From: Sphaerodactylus townsendi
Lineage: Eukaryota
Length of the DNA: 64,000 bases
Assembly (NCBI RefSeq): GCF_021028975.2
Contig: NC_059430.1
Location: forward strand, 114,576,001 to 114,640,000
Direction of reading: 5' to 3'
Made by a program: the position numbers and the translations under genes. Below, piece after piece: positions 1 through 12,872 of the stretch (position 1 is the stretch's first letter; every line of letters starts with the position of its first letter). The notes below the pieces were generated by a model, which did not search any database, was not told the DNA's origin, and worked only from the letters and a program-made list of their open reading frames with translations.

Positions 1-742
1 TCATGTGACTTTCAAATCAGACAGGAGCTGCAAGTTTTGCACTCAGTTCCCAGATACCCAGTCAACACTGGGACTGGGATGTTTAGGAAGAGGGGGCTGA
101 AGCCCGCCCTCCTCCCCATGCTGACTTCCCAACCTGAAATTGCCGCAAGGAGTTGCTATTTGGGGAAACCACCATGTAGCTGTCACGCCTGCTCAGGCAG
201 CATGGGAGGAAGAGAGGTGCTCAGTGGCAGGTTTTGGGTGTGACAATATGTACTGGGGGCTCTGAACTTCATACCTGGCCACGCACAGACTGGAGTAAAC
301 ATAGGGTGGACCAAGGACTTGGTAACATATAATTAGGCTCTGGAGGAGAACCACTGATTATTGCTAACTCAGCAAGCTTCAGGGCTGAGTGGATATTTGA
401 ACACAAGTCTCCCCGCTCCTAATCTGACAATCTTTTAACTACTATACCATCTTCAGTACGATAGAGAGCCAACAGCTCTCCCCTTGCCTGCTCCTCTGCC
501 TGCATAGTTATGATGAAGTGCAAGATTTTGACTGCATTAAACCAAGATTAGCAGCTACCCATAGCCAGGATTATAGATTACTTTAAGATTATAGTAATCC
601 TATAATGAGAGAGTAAACCTCACTTTTGTAACGAGGAGGAAGAGAAAGAGTTACCCATCCATTAATTCTCTCCACGCCATTCATTGTTTTACAAGTCATA
701 CCAGCAACTGGCATAGAGCTTGAAAAAAGTATGTGGTCTTAA

Positions 743-970
743 TAGGGTTGCCAGGTCCCCCCTGGCGATCGGCAGGGAATGGGGGTGTAGGGTTGCCAGA
801 CCAAAGCTGAGAAACTCCTGGAGATTTGGGGAAGGAGTCTGGGGAGGTCAGGGACCTCAGAGTCCACCCTCCAAAGCATCTATTTCCCCCGCAGAATGGA
901 TCTCTTTAATCTAATGATCAGCTGTAATTCTGGGGGGTCTCCAGATCTCACCTGGTAGCTGACATCCCAA
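743..970. mobile_element. hAT (Blackjack-like, TAGGGTTGCCA TIR) MITE remnant
   Basis: TAGGGTTGCCAG twice at the left end, degenerate right TIR; related copy in opposite orientation near 3400-3592. Confidence 0.6.
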
Positions 971-976
971 AGGCTT

Positions 977-1281
977 AACAACAACAACAAGAAGAGTTGG
1001 ATTTATATCCCCCTTTCTCTCCTGTAAAGAGACTCAAAGGAGCTTACAAATTCCTTTCCTTTCCCCCCTCACAACAAACACCCTGTGAGGTGGTGGGGGC
1101 TGAGAGAGCTCCAAAGAACTGTGACTAGCCCAAGGTCACCCAGCTGGCACGTGTTGGAGTGCACCAACTAATCTCGTTCACCAGACAAGCCTCCACAGCT
1201 CAAGTGGCAGAGCGGGGAATCAAACCCAGTTCTCCAGATTAGAGTGCACCTGCTCTTAACCACTGCACCACGCTGGCTCTC
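977..1281 (-). mobile_element. tRNA/CORE SINE (Squam3-like)
   Basis: A box TGGTG(C/T)AGTGG, B box GGTTTGATTCC, CORE-like GGTGACCTTGGGCTAGTCAC, (CTT/GTT)n tail. Confidence 0.85.
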
Positions 1282-2031
1282 CCACAAGCACAAAAGGACA
1301 TACCACAAATTCCCAGCACTCATTGAAAGCGAAACATTGCTGCACCAAACTGAGCAAAAGGTCTCATCCCTTTCCCCATTCCACAGGTGAAGTGGAGAAA
1401 AGAGACAAGAGAGTAACTTGGCCCACTGGTTGTCTGTTCCACAGGATCCATCTGCTGAGGAGACATCACCCCCCTACCTGCCTCACATACAATTTAAAGA
1501 GAAAAAAATTTTCCCCAGAGGGTCTCTGTATGCCAGTATCACAAAGAAAGGATCCTCAGGGAGAGAGAGAGCACAAGATGGAGGAGCTCCCTTACCTTCG
1601 TAGAGAGATGAAGACTCTGGAAGCACCACAGAACCGGCTACAAAATAAGCACTGGGAAACCCCAGGCATCTTTCTGGGAAATGTGGCATTCATTTCCCAA
1701 GAGCAAGAACAGGAAGTAGCTGTGGAGAAAGAGGGAGTGAGATTCTCAGGTAAGTGACTCACTGCCTTGAAGGCTCCTCAGCCATCTGAAACTTCTGTGC
1801 CTTTTGTGGCAGATGCTTCACATTCTGGGCAAGAGGCCAAAAATATTCCGCGCTCCTCGCTTCCTCACACAGCGAGAAGTTCCAGGGGCGGCGCTTCTGG
1901 GTGTTTCCTTTGGATGAGAGAACCCCGTTTTCTTTACTTAAAAATATCCCCACACACGTCATATCTGTCGAGAGAGACTCTGTACTGCAAGGCTTGCCAA
2001 TTGCGGTTCAGAGTGTTGGATTACAACTAGG

Positions 2032-2402
2032 GTGTGTGTGTGCGTGCGCTAATTGCCATAAAGTTGCTTCAGGCTCATGGTAACTCTATGAATCAAAGTC
2101 GTCCAGGATGTCCTATCGTTATCAGCCTTGCACAGGTCTTGCAAACTGAGGGCCAAGCTTTCCTTGATGGAGTCAGTCCATCTCATGCTGGGTCCTCCTC
2201 TTCTCCTGCTGCCTTCAACCTTGCCTGGCATTATTGTCTTGTCCAATGAACAATAGCTTCAGTCATTGTAGCTTCAAGGGTCAATTCAGGCTTGATTTGA
2301 TCTAGTACCCAGTTATTCGGTTTTTTGGCAGTCCACAGCATCCATAATGATCTTCTCCAGCATCACATTTCAAAGGAACCTACTCTCTTCCTGTCAGCTT
2401 TC
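2032..2402 (-). mobile_element. RTE-clade (BovB-like) LINE 3' fragment
   Basis: ORF 2049-2246 KTIMPGKVEGSRRRGGPSMRWTDSI resembles the RTE RT C-terminus; (CA)n-like tail. Confidence 0.8.
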
Positions 2403-2632
2403 TGGGTTCAAATTCCCACTCATTCACAGAGCTCCCTGAGGAATTTGGGGCCAGTCAGTCTCCCTAATCTCCCTCATAAGAGGTGAAGTTGTGTTACAGT
2501 ACAACCTGAGAACACTGTCTTGCACGTAACTAAATAGACTGGAGTAGGACTGTGCATAGATTTGCTTAGGATTGCTTGGTCTGTTGCAGCAAAACACAAA
2601 TGAGTCTTATGCATCTTCAAGATTTGGTTCTT

Positions 2633-2865
2633 GAGAGTCAGCATGGTGTAGTGGTTTCAAACAAGAAAACTGTAATCTGGAGTTCTGGGTTTGATTCCCC
2701 AGCCTTCCACATTAAGTCTTCTGAGTGACCTTGGGTTAGTCAGAGTTCTCTCAGTCATACCTACCTCACAAGGTGTCTGTTGTGGGAAGAGAGGAAGAGA
2801 AGGAGTTTGTATGCTGCTTGGAGACTCCTTTCAGGCGTGAATAGTAGGATATAAATCCATCCTCA
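2633..2865 (+). mobile_element. Squam3-like SINE (older copy)
   Basis: Same head and CORE motifs, diverged. Confidence 0.75.
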
Positions 2866-4242
2866 TTTTTAAAATCCCAGATTACCCTCTGTGGACTAGA
2901 GCCAACGTCTTCCGATACTTCAGAAGCAGTGAGCTCTGAGATACAAAAGCTAGTGCTGAGCTGAACATTTTCATTAGCCCTTTTGGATACCACCACTTAA
3001 TGTAAGCGTTAATTACTTTAGCACAACTAGTGAATGGCCTCTCCATTTTTTCAGACCTGGTTTAAAACTTCTATCTGGCTCTTACTGCCATATCAAGGCA
3101 TTTGAAACAGAGGATGTAGAACTGGGAAAGTGTGGTATGTTTTGTGCTAGTCATTCTCCCTCTAGAGCTGTTTACAAAGTATCCTTGAGAACTGCGGTTT
3201 TGAGGGGTAGCTGTTCAGCTATACTAGAACCCTGTAGGAAAACAGAGGACACCACTTGCCTGTCAAGCAGTATCAGTTCCCCAAAAGCAAACTGTTAACA
3301 AGCCCCATCCCAAAGCTCTAGCTTGTCGACCGGTTGCAAAGTTCAGTAGACTCTTGCTCATATTGGTGGCTGGCCAGCTGCCAGTCTAATAAGAATTACA
3401 GCCCCCAGGTGGGACCAGGGGATCCCCTGGAATTACAGCTTGCCTCCAGACCACAGAAATCAGTTCCTCGGGAGAAAATGGGTGCTTTGGTGGTCTGCCT
3501 CTATGGCACTGTACTCCGCAATGTTCCCCATCTTCCCCAAGCTCTACCTCCAAATCTCCAGGAGTTTTGCAACCTGGATCTGTCAGCCCTAGATCCTATA
3601 ATTCACCTCCTGAGGTGGTGAGATGCATTCAGTAGCCAATAACCCGCATCCATCTATTGCTTTGTACCTATTTCTAGCCACCAATGCCTATGCAAGACAC
3701 ATCTTTCGCTACCAAACTGATCCAAGAACTTAGAGGAAAACATCTCATTTTGCATGGAACCCAGTAAAATTACGTTGATTTTCCAAATTGCTACGGTCTA
3801 GTTTCTGAGTATTTTAGAAAGAGGTACATCTATTTCAAAGAGACTAACTTCATTTAAAAAAGGGACACATAGGAAGGATCCTTTATCTTTCCGAGCTTCA
3901 CTTTTGATCTAGACAAAATAGGTCCTGTAAATGTACAGTATTTGCTGTAAATAAAAATAAAATGTGTTTGTTGTCAAGCAACCACCTCTCACCTACTGCT
4001 ATCATGGCCCGAGCTATAGATGCAACCAGGTAGTCTTCCAGTGTACCTGGATCCAACACTGGCCAACAGTCCTCCTTGTTCCTAGCTGCCATCACAAACC
4101 AGAAGAAGAGGTGGCAGCCTGAATCCACTTGGCCAGCATGCTGAGGTCCAACATCACCTAGCAGCCCTTCCACTTCCTGTTGTAGACCAAGCAGCAGTCA
4201 CGCACCAGATGATCTCAGGCAGCTTCCCGTATTCCCTTAAAT

Positions 4243-4550
4243 CAGAGGTCCCCAAATCAGAGGAGCCCACAGGCACGTTTGGAATCCTGACACAGCACGA
4301 TGGGCACACCAACAAAATGGCTGCTACAAAATGGCTGCCTCAGCAGGCTGGGCCAGCCACAAAATGGTGACCACACTTAACTTCAGTGTGCTGTGGTTGC
4401 AGCTGCTGTAAAACATTTTAAAAACTCTGCGCAGCCATTCAAATTTCAATCAGAGGCCTTGCTGGGAAAAAGCCTGCCTGGCACCTCCCACTTCCTAAAA
4501 ACACTTGATGGGCACAATGGCACCCACTGGCACCATGTTGGGGACCTCTG
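4243..4550. mobile_element. hAT MITE
   Basis: TIR CAGAGGTCCCCAA / TTGGGGACCTCTG; TSD CCTTAAAT/CCTTAAGT. Confidence 0.85.
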
Positions 4551-5751
4551 CCTTAAGTCAACCATTGCTGGTTGCTCATCCACGCAGGAAAACAAGTGAA
4601 TGTCAACAGTTACGAGCAGAACCCACCTCTCTTTGCTCATCTGCCTTCTCCTCTGGGTGGCAGCTGTTGGTTCTAGGACTGAATAGGGCTCAGCAGCTTG
4701 GTGCACCTCCGATTGTCTATTCAGTAGGGGAAGGAAGGAGGCAACAGCCACCTTCAGAGAGAGAGAGGGTGCAAGAGGTGGCCACCAACGCTGCATAGCA
4801 GCAAGCCCTTCTAAGGCCCCAAGATCGTAGCAGTTTACTTCCAGCCCATATTTGGGCCTCCTAATGGGTGGGCCATTCAAGACCATTTGCACTTAACGAT
4901 GTTTAGTTTCCTCGGACGCTTCTCCAAGCACATGCTATATACGGATTGTGGAAGCTGGGCAGATGAGAGTGGGTTTGCCTTGGTACAAATCTGCAGTGTT
5001 GTAACCACGCTCCACGCACGGTGAGTCATTTCATTCGCTCGGTCGGGATGGGATTTCCAAAGACAGCTTTATGTGATTGCACAACTGAACAGTTTTGGCA
5101 AAAAACCAGAGGAGGAAGAGCTCTGGCAGCTGTTATAGCTTTGCAGATAGGAGCCAGAGAGTCGAGCCGTACGCCAGAGGAGAGCTCGTACCTGAGAGCA
5201 GCCGTCTCTACCCACATTAGAATGGATGGAGATTCTTTTCACTCCTCATTGCCGTACAGATTCTCACAGCTGACTGGGGAAAAACGCAAGGAATCTGATA
5301 ACACGGGTCCTAAATATTATTAGTTCTGCTACCCCACAATTTGGAGCTGCACAAACACAAGAGGAGCCTTTCTGGATCAGACTAATGATCCACCTAGTCC
5401 AGCATCTCGTTTCATACAGAGGCCAACCAAATGTATTTACTTGGAGACTCAAAGCAACTCGTATCATTCTCCTCTCCCGTTTTCTCCTAACAAAACTCCT
5501 GCGAGGTGGGCTAGGCTGACTGTGTGTGACTGGCCCAAGGTCACCCAGCAAGCTTCCATGAACAGGGATTCAAACCTGGGTTTCCCAGATCCTAGTCTGA
5601 GACTTTAACTGCTACACCACGCTGGCTGGAAAGCTCCCAGCAGGCCAAAGCTTCTTTCTCCCTGCAGCTGGCTGCCTCTTTCTCCCAGCAACTGGAAGAG
5701 CTCTATTGCCTTAAAATGGATGATTGACAGTTCACTTGTGGTTGGGATGTA

Positions 5752-6362
5752 CTTAAGAACATAAGAACATAAGAACTAGCCTGCTGGATCAGACCAGAGT
5801 CCATCTAGTCCAGCATTCTGCTACTCGCAGTGGCCCACCAGGTGCCTTTGGGAGCTCACATGCAGGATGTGAAAGCAATGGCCTTCTGCTGCTGCTGCTG
5901 CTCCTGAGCACCTGGTCTGCAAAGGCATTTGCAATCTGAGATCAAGGAGGATCAAGATTGGTAGCCATAGATTGACTTCTCCATAAATCTGTCCAAGCCC
6001 TTTTTAAAGCTATCCAGGTTAGTGGCCATCACCACCTCCTGCGGCAGCATATTCCAAACACCAATCACACGTTGCGTGAAGAAGTGTTTCCTTTTATTAG
6101 TCCTAATTCTTCCCCCCAGCATTTTCAATGAATGCCCCCTGGTTCTAGTATTGTGAGAAAGAGAGAAAAATTTCTCTGTCAACATTTTCTACCCCATGCA
6201 TAATTTTATAGACTTCAATCATATCCCCCCTCAGACGTCTCCTCTCCAAACTAAAGAGTCCCAAACGCTGCAGCCTCTCCTCATAAGGAAGGTGCTCCAA
6301 TCCTTCAATCATCCTCGTTGCCCTTCTCTGCACTTTTTCTATCTCTTCGATATCCTTTTTGA
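5752..6362 (-). mobile_element. CR1 LINE 3' fragment
   Basis: [43 protein letters not shown]; (TTCTTATG)n-type tail. Confidence 0.93.
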
Positions 6363-6886
6363 TAAAGTCAAGCTGGCATTTTTAGAGATTGGCAAAAGGT
6401 TTCCGAATGGGACTTACAGGAACAACCGTTGCTTAGCAACATGTAGGCAATGGCATGGAAGCAGCTCATAAAGGGAAAATGAAAAATCCACCCCGACAGA
6501 CTAAGGCAAGAAATGGTTCATGCCCTGAACCTCTGCTCAGCCTGCTTTAAGGTCTCACCAGACGTGCCAGTGTCATTAATAAAAGGCATCTGCACTGCAG
6601 CAATTGAAGAGGGCTACCTGTGGAATTTAGAACAAATGCACCAATGCCTCTCTACTGCAGCTATTTCAGATTTGCCCTCTTTGGCAGACTGCATTTCCAT
6701 TGTGGGTCTGGTGCAGAAAAAGGACTCCGTGGTGCAGCTATCATAGCCCCACACTTTGCACAACATCCAGAAATGGGCAGATGCCGTAAAAGCTCTACTG
6801 CCGGACATTTCCTTCACGTAACACCGTACATTCCTTGATGGGGCAGCAATCTCTAATGACTGCCCAGCATCTGCTGAAAATCACGT

Positions 6887-7158
6887 AGAAGAAGAAGAGT
6901 TTGGATCTATACCCCACCTTTCTCTCCTGTAAGGAGACTCAAGGTGGCTTACAAACAACAGACACCTTGTGAGGTAGGTGTGGCTGAGAGACTTCCGAAG
7001 AACTGTGACTAGCGCAAGGTCACCCAGCAGAAATGTAGAAGTGCGGAAACACATCTGGCTCACTAGATAAGCCTCTGCCACTCAGGTGAAGGAGTGGGGA
7101 ATCAAACCCGGTTCTCCAGATTAGAATCCACCTGCTCTTAACCACTATACCACGCTGG
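6887..7158 (-). mobile_element. Squam3-like SINE
   Basis: Same family consensus. Confidence 0.82.
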
Positions 7159-7348
7159 GTAGTTGCAGCTGGCTCCACAACGTCCAAAAAGCTGGCTATC
7201 CGGCTCTAACTCAGTTCGTAAACAATTCAAATAGTTGCAAAGGCCTTTCTTCAGAGAGGCTAAAAAGCAAGATCAAAACGTTCCGGGAGCAAAATGTATT
7301 TTGAATACAGAACATGGCCACTAACTGAATATTCAACGAGATATTTCT

Positions 7349-7358
7349 TTTATTTATT
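7349..7358 (-). terminator. Candidate DNAJC8 polyadenylation signal (overlapping AATAAA x2)
   Basis: TTTATTTATT on + strand, about 620 nt downstream of the stop codon. Confidence 0.5.
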
Positions 7359-7970
7359 TACAGAGGTTGACTGGCCCATCAAGCTAAGCAGATTGCCCCC
7401 CCACCCTCTCCCCCAAATCTGTGATCCTGGAAACCAGGAGCTGCCAGCCGGGAAATCAGGCAGGGGAGAATTTCAGCTCCATGCGGCCGAGTTGCAAGCC
7501 AAGCCGTACGTCTCTGCTTCCCAGCTCGAACCCTCGCCAACGACGAGTGGAGACCAATGCAGAGGAGGAACAAATGACCGACTTTAAAGTGAGCAAAGGG
7601 ATCACCAAGACAACACCTTTGAGCATCTGCCTCAGCGCGACACGTCTACAAATCAAGGCAGATGACCACTCTGAACAGCAAATATCCTTGGGAGTACAGA
7701 ACATGGAATTATGGGACTAAAAGGGAGACATGGCGGGCAGCTTCTGGCAGAGTCTTCCTATGTAAGCCAAGTGTTCTAAGATCAGTGGGGCCCTGCACGT
7801 CACACCATGAACCTCAGGCAAATGAGCAGAGTACGGGGTGTGGGGCGTGGGGAATACTTTGACCAAGAATTCAATCATACTGGAAAACAAAAAGATCCTA
7901 CTGGAAAAGCAAGAAAGGTTTAAATGCGATGGTACAGGATAGTCCTTTCAAAGCCTGGGAGAAAACCGGC

Positions 7971-8093
7971 TCATTCGCGCTGCTCCATCTTCACTTTCGG
8001 GGGCCTCAAAAAGGTCCTGTTTTTCTTCTCTTTCTTCCCTTTCGTATTTGCTTGGAAGTTCCTCCAGCTGTCGACACGGCCATCCCGACTCTC
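7971..8093 (-). CDS. DNAJC8: DNAJC8 last coding exon (ESRDGRVDSWRNFQANTKGKKEKKNRTFLRPPKVKMEQRE*)
   Basis: TAG acceptor, 123 nt ending in TGA; joined CDS is 753 nt = 250 aa with no frameshift. Confidence 0.97.
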   Translation of the reverse strand, partial: ESRDGRVDSWRNFQANTKGKKEKKNRTFLRPPKVKMEQRE

Positions 8094-8926
8094 CTACATA
8101 AGGGAGCAGATGAGAGAGGGAATAATAATGGACATGAGTTAGGAGACTGCAGCTTCCATTGCCTGCAGTCATCCAACAGGAAATTTGCTCCACGAAGCCT
8201 TTCTGAGGATATACCTGTGGTGGCAAACCTTTGGCACTCCAGATGTTACGAACTGCAATTCCCATCAGCCCCTTCCAACATGGCCAATCTGGAGTGCCAA
8301 AGGTTCGCCACCACTGCGATATACGATACAGCTCAGAGAAGTGCTTTGGGGGTCACAGCAAGGGCGAGCAGGTCACACACTTTCACAGTGTGTTTTACAG
8401 TAACAACTGGCAGATTGGCTGCAACCAAACAAAAACACCCATCTATAAACCACCTATAAACGTCTATGCCTCCCGTTCCGAATTGGCATTTGGGTTCCTG
8501 CTACAATCTTATGCCTTTTGCAGGCTGACCCTACTTCATCCAAACCTTTTCATTTCAACCCACCCACCCCACCCCACCGCTTCCTTTCTTCAAAGGTGCC
8601 TCTGCATATTTCCGCAAGCCAGCTTGCTGCATAGGAAAGTTTCCTAGGCACTGATCTCAAGGATTCCCTGCCATTTATATGGAAAGCAGCAGTTCTCTGG
8701 GCTCTTCTGCTTAGGGATAAGAGAGTGGTAAGTCTCCGTCACAAACTATTTGCCACCTCTTGCCAGATAACCAGCCAAAAAAAAGTTTGGAATGTGGCCA
8801 AGTTCTTCACGGAAGCTTTGAAAATCTCCAGGATAGAGCCAAAAAACAGTCCAGAGCCAGTGATTAGACCCTTAATTTCAACATAGTAGAAAAAAATTAT
8901 ATTTTAATGAGAGATCGAATTAATTA

Positions 8927-9842
8927 CCGTATATATTCTTGTATAAGTCGACCCGCATATAAGTCAAGGCACCTAATTTTACCACAAAAAATTGGGAAAA
9001 CTTATTGACTCGCGTATAAGTCGAGGGTGGGAAATGAAGCAGCTACTGGTAAATTTCAAAAATAAAAATAGATACCAATAAAATTACATTAATTGAGGCA
9101 TCAGTTGGTTAAATGTTTTTGAATATTTATTTCAAAGAAAAACAGTAAACTAGCTCTGTAAGTGGAAAAGAGGATCAACAAAAACAATATGGTCTCAACA
9201 ATAACTTTAAAAGTACAAAAACCTTAGCTTTTTTGTAAGGAAGGGTTTTAAACAATGGATCTTACAATAAAAACTGGAATGAACATGCCTGTTCACTGTG
9301 ACTCAAAACTACCCTGCTTTTTAAAAGAAAGTTCATTATTTTTAGTGTACATATTTTTAACATTGGACATGGCAGGTGTCATTTCAGAAGGGACATTCAC
9401 ACAACCTGTCAGGGGAGGAATGTTTATGTTAGCAGTACCAACATTTCAAAGTATCTTTAGGAGACCCTCCTGATGATACCACCCAGGTTTGGTGAAGTTT
9501 GGTTCAGGGGGTCCAAAGTTATGGACCCCCAAAAGGGTAGCCCCATCTACTATTAGCTCCCATTGGAAACAATGGGGGATGGGAGCACCCACTTTGGGGA
9601 TCCATAACTTTGGACCCCCTGAAACAAACTTTACCAAACTTGGTAGGTACCATCAGGAGTATCACCTGATGTTACCCTGAAATCTTGGTGCCACTAGCCT
9701 AAAAACTGCAACCCCTGGAGGCCGACAAAGTAAAAACCTTAAAATATTTTTTAAAATACAGCTGACTCGTGTATAAGTTGAGGGGGGCTTTTTCAGCACA
9801 AAAATGTGCTGAAAAACTTGACTTATACACGAGTATATACGG
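8927..9842. mobile_element. Tc1/mariner (Tc2-like) non-autonomous element
   Basis: TIRs CCGTATATA.TC.TGTATAAGTC / GACTTATACACGAGTATATACGG, TA TSD on both sides; internal inverted repeat at about 9440-9720. Confidence 0.88.
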
Positions 9843-10454
9843 TAATATTGTTTTAAATACAAATGTTATCTTATTTTATATCATTTTATAGATTATTGCA
9901 ATTCATGCCATTAAAGGTTTTTAAAATTGAAACTGAAGTCTCTGTAACACAGTGCACAGTTCTGAGATGAAATCATTGGCTGATGGTCAAGCTGAGATGG
10001 AGGTGGAAATATTGACCCGGGATTAATCCAATACTTTCGACTTGATAATCTTCTTCAGCCGCTCAAATCACTCTGGGCACAGTTTGTTAGCCCAATACAA
10101 TTCCAGCTCATACACATAAGGCATTTCGCTCTGGCCTCAAGCTCAACACCACAGGTCTGCCCAATATCCTGCCAGTATGTAAGAAAGTGGAAAGTGGCAC
10201 GCAGAAGGTCCCAGGTCCATCCTCTAGCATCTCCCGTTTAAACCAAAATCAGGTAGCAGGTGATGAGAAAGACCACAACCTGAGACTCTTGAGACTGAAC
10301 AAACAATACTGATCTTGTTACAACTCAGATTTACGTGGTCAAAGGGCATCAAATCTTAGGAAAGATTTTCATCAGGACCCCAGTGAGAGACTGCCAGTCA
10401 GAGAAGACAATATCAAGACAAACAAATAGTCTGTCTTGGTGTAAGGCACTTTCT

Positions 10455-10532
10455 AATGTTCTTAGCTTCTACTGGCCAGAAGAAATTCAGTTCAATGTTC
10501 TTAGCTTCTACTGGCCAGAAGAAATTCAGTTC
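10455..10532. repeat. Perfect 39-bp tandem duplication
   Basis: AATGTTCTTAGCTTCTACTGGCCAGAAGAAATTCAGTTC x2. Confidence 0.95.
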
Positions 10533-10905
10533 AGACCCTCGTATCTTCGAGACCGCATCACCCCATATGTCCCTACACGGCCTCTCCGTTTGGTTGAGGC
10601 CAATCTATTGGTGGCCCCTGGCCCCTCAATGATGCGGCTGGCCTCCACGCGGACCAGGGCCTTTACGGCTCTGGCCCCGGCCTGGTGGAACGCTCTTTCT
10701 CCAGCTGTCCGGGCCCTGCGGGACCTTGGCGAGTTCCACAGGGCCTGTAAGACGGAGTTGTTCTGCCGGGCCTTTGGAGGGACCAGCCGCTGAAGGTTTT
10801 AATTATATTTATACTTGTATTGAGATTTTATGCTGTACACCGCCCGGAGCCCCTTGGGGATGGGGCGGTATAAAAGTCTAAATAATAAATAATGAATGAA
10901 TGAAT
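10533..10905 (+). mobile_element. L2 LINE 3' fragment
   Basis: PSYLRDRITPYVPTRPLR...RAFTALAPAWWNAL...KTELF, followed by an L2-type 3' stem-loop (CCGCCC...GGGCGG) and AATAAAT/(TGAA)n tail. Similar 3' ends near 56195-56280 and 62670-62760 (-). Confidence 0.85.
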
Positions 10906-11320
10906 GTATTGTCTAAATTTAGTTCACTCCATGATGCTCCAAAAACGTTCTTGGGTAGAGCCAAGGGCCAGCAATAGAACACATACTTTGCATGCAAAAT
11001 GTTGCAGGTTCACTCCCTGACATCTCAGGCTGAAAGGTTGGAAAATACCATGATACTGTGGCAGAGAAGCCACAGGATAATTTAGGCTGCTTCACATTCC
11101 CCGATGGAAGGGACCTACTTGCAGGGACCACAAATAAAACAAGCCACAGAAAGATCTCCCTAGACCTCTGGGAGACCTATCTGAAGAAAGGACTTAATCA
11201 AACTTGCTGGGGAATGCTTGGCAGCACCATCCCAAACTTGTTTAATCAGAAGTAACCTCGCTAACTTTGATGGGACTTGCTCTCTAACTAAACATCTGAA
11301 GCTGCAAAGGCCGCTTAGAC

Positions 11321-11466
11321 CAGAGGTGTCCAACTCTGGCACTTCAGATGTTTATGGACTACAATTCCCATCAGCCCCTGCTGGCATGGCCAATCAGCCA
11401 TGCCAGCAGGGCCTCATGGGAATTGTAGTCCATGAACATCTGAAGCCCCAGAGTTGGACACCCTTG
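11321..11466. mobile_element. Palindromic ~140-bp hAT MITE (GGACTACAATTCCCATCAGCCCC family)
   Basis: Whole element is a hairpin; perfect TSD GCTTAGAC; lies 40 nt from the DNAJC8 exon 8 donor. Confidence 0.9.
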
Positions 11467-11505
11467 GCTTAGACAGAGCAGCAAGAGCTGCACAGGAACA
11501 ATTAC

Positions 11506-11581
11506 CTCAAAGTTCTTCTGCCACTCTCGCTCACGCTTGGCTTTCTCTTGTGCCTCAATCTCTTCTTCTCTCTGCCGCTTC
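11506..11581 (-). CDS. DNAJC8: DNAJC8 exon 8 (KRQREEEIEAQEKAKREREWQKNFE)
   Basis: 76 nt, phase complements exon 7, GTAATT donor. Confidence 0.97.
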
Positions 11582-12491
11582 CTGGAATAGAAGCCAAAGA
11601 AGAAACATTAACATTACCGTCCTCGAGAACAAAACGGGACTGAGGAATGCAGAATGTTGGACACCTAAGCTTAGCCAAGAGCTGGTTTAAGAATCAGCTG
11701 GGACCCTGCAAGAGAGATGGATGGAATTCAGTGGATTAAACGTTCTGCTTAATAGAAAGATGCAGAAGAATTTGGGGGACAGATTTTCACATATTTTGAT
11801 ACTTCCTGGCTATATCCGAACTTCCTCCCACCTTCCAATTTTCATTGTGTCCCTTTAGATACAAAAATAACATCTTCTCTACTGCCATATAAGGCTTCTC
11901 AGTGTTTAAGGACAAAATGCCCATTCAATGCAGACGCTGCTGTAGGGCCGTAAATGATTCCTAGGTAGAAGCCTGGATGAACGGCACTCATTGCCCACTG
12001 TTTTCTAACAAAATACTGTCATTGTATGATTGTCAACAAGATGCCTCCTCCTTTCTAACCAAAACAACCACTGTAAAATAACAGTTTGGACACAAGAGCT
12101 GAAACTTAGCCTATGGGAGACATGCACCAGTCGTTGGGTTGCTCTGCAGAGTTTGGTGGGTCTCAGGGCAAAACTCAGTACACAGACAAACCCACAGGAG
12201 GGGGCTCTTGATAAAGCAACAGGCCTGGCTTCAAAGCAAAGAACAAGAGTAAATTCAATCATTCGTGCCTTCGTTGGCATAATAGGAAAAGAAATATAGC
12301 AAGAGAAAGACTGATAAAACCACAGATAAACAAAGCAGAGAATAAAATGTTAAGTAAAAAGTTGCTGCTGGCTTTCGATAATTTCCAAAAGGAAATCTGC
12401 CACCATCACACATCTAAATAAGTCAGGGAGATCAGTTAAAAATAAAGGAGTAAGACTCACATACTTGGGTCTGATTTCCTAGAATCTAGAA

Positions 12492-12872
12492 CAGGGGTCC
12501 CCAAACTACGGCCCGGGGGCCAAATCAGGCCCCCGGAAGACATTTATCCGGCCCGCTGGGCAGAAGCGGATCTCTCCCTTCTCTATTTCCTTTTCCCCAG
12601 GTTTACAAACAGCCTCAAGCGCGGGCAACTCGCTGCTCATTCCAAGCGGCCGGAGGGGACCGTACCAATGCGGCAAAGGGGGGAGAGAGAAAGGCAGCGG
12701 AGCTTCAGGGCCGAATTGGAAGGGGACCGCGGGGGTGGGGGGCTTGGCCAGGGGCGGGTCGAGGGCGGATGGATGGCGCCCGCCCCCCCGCGGGTGGCAC
12801 TTGGTCCGGCCCCCGGCTGGGCTCTGGCCATGCGTGAACTGGCCCCCTGTTTAAAAAGTTTGGGGACCCCTG
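12492..12872 (+). mobile_element. hAT-Charlie MITE (OC1/OposCharlie-like) nested in the LINE
   Basis: TIR CAGGGGTCCCCAAACT / AGTTTGGGGACCCCTG; perfect 8-bp TSD ATCTAGAA. Confidence 0.9.

Noticed and set aside
1-7300. PTAFR or another gene downstream of DNAJC8
   Set aside because: No GPCR-like or other recognisable coding sequence; non-coding exons cannot be supported from sequence alone.
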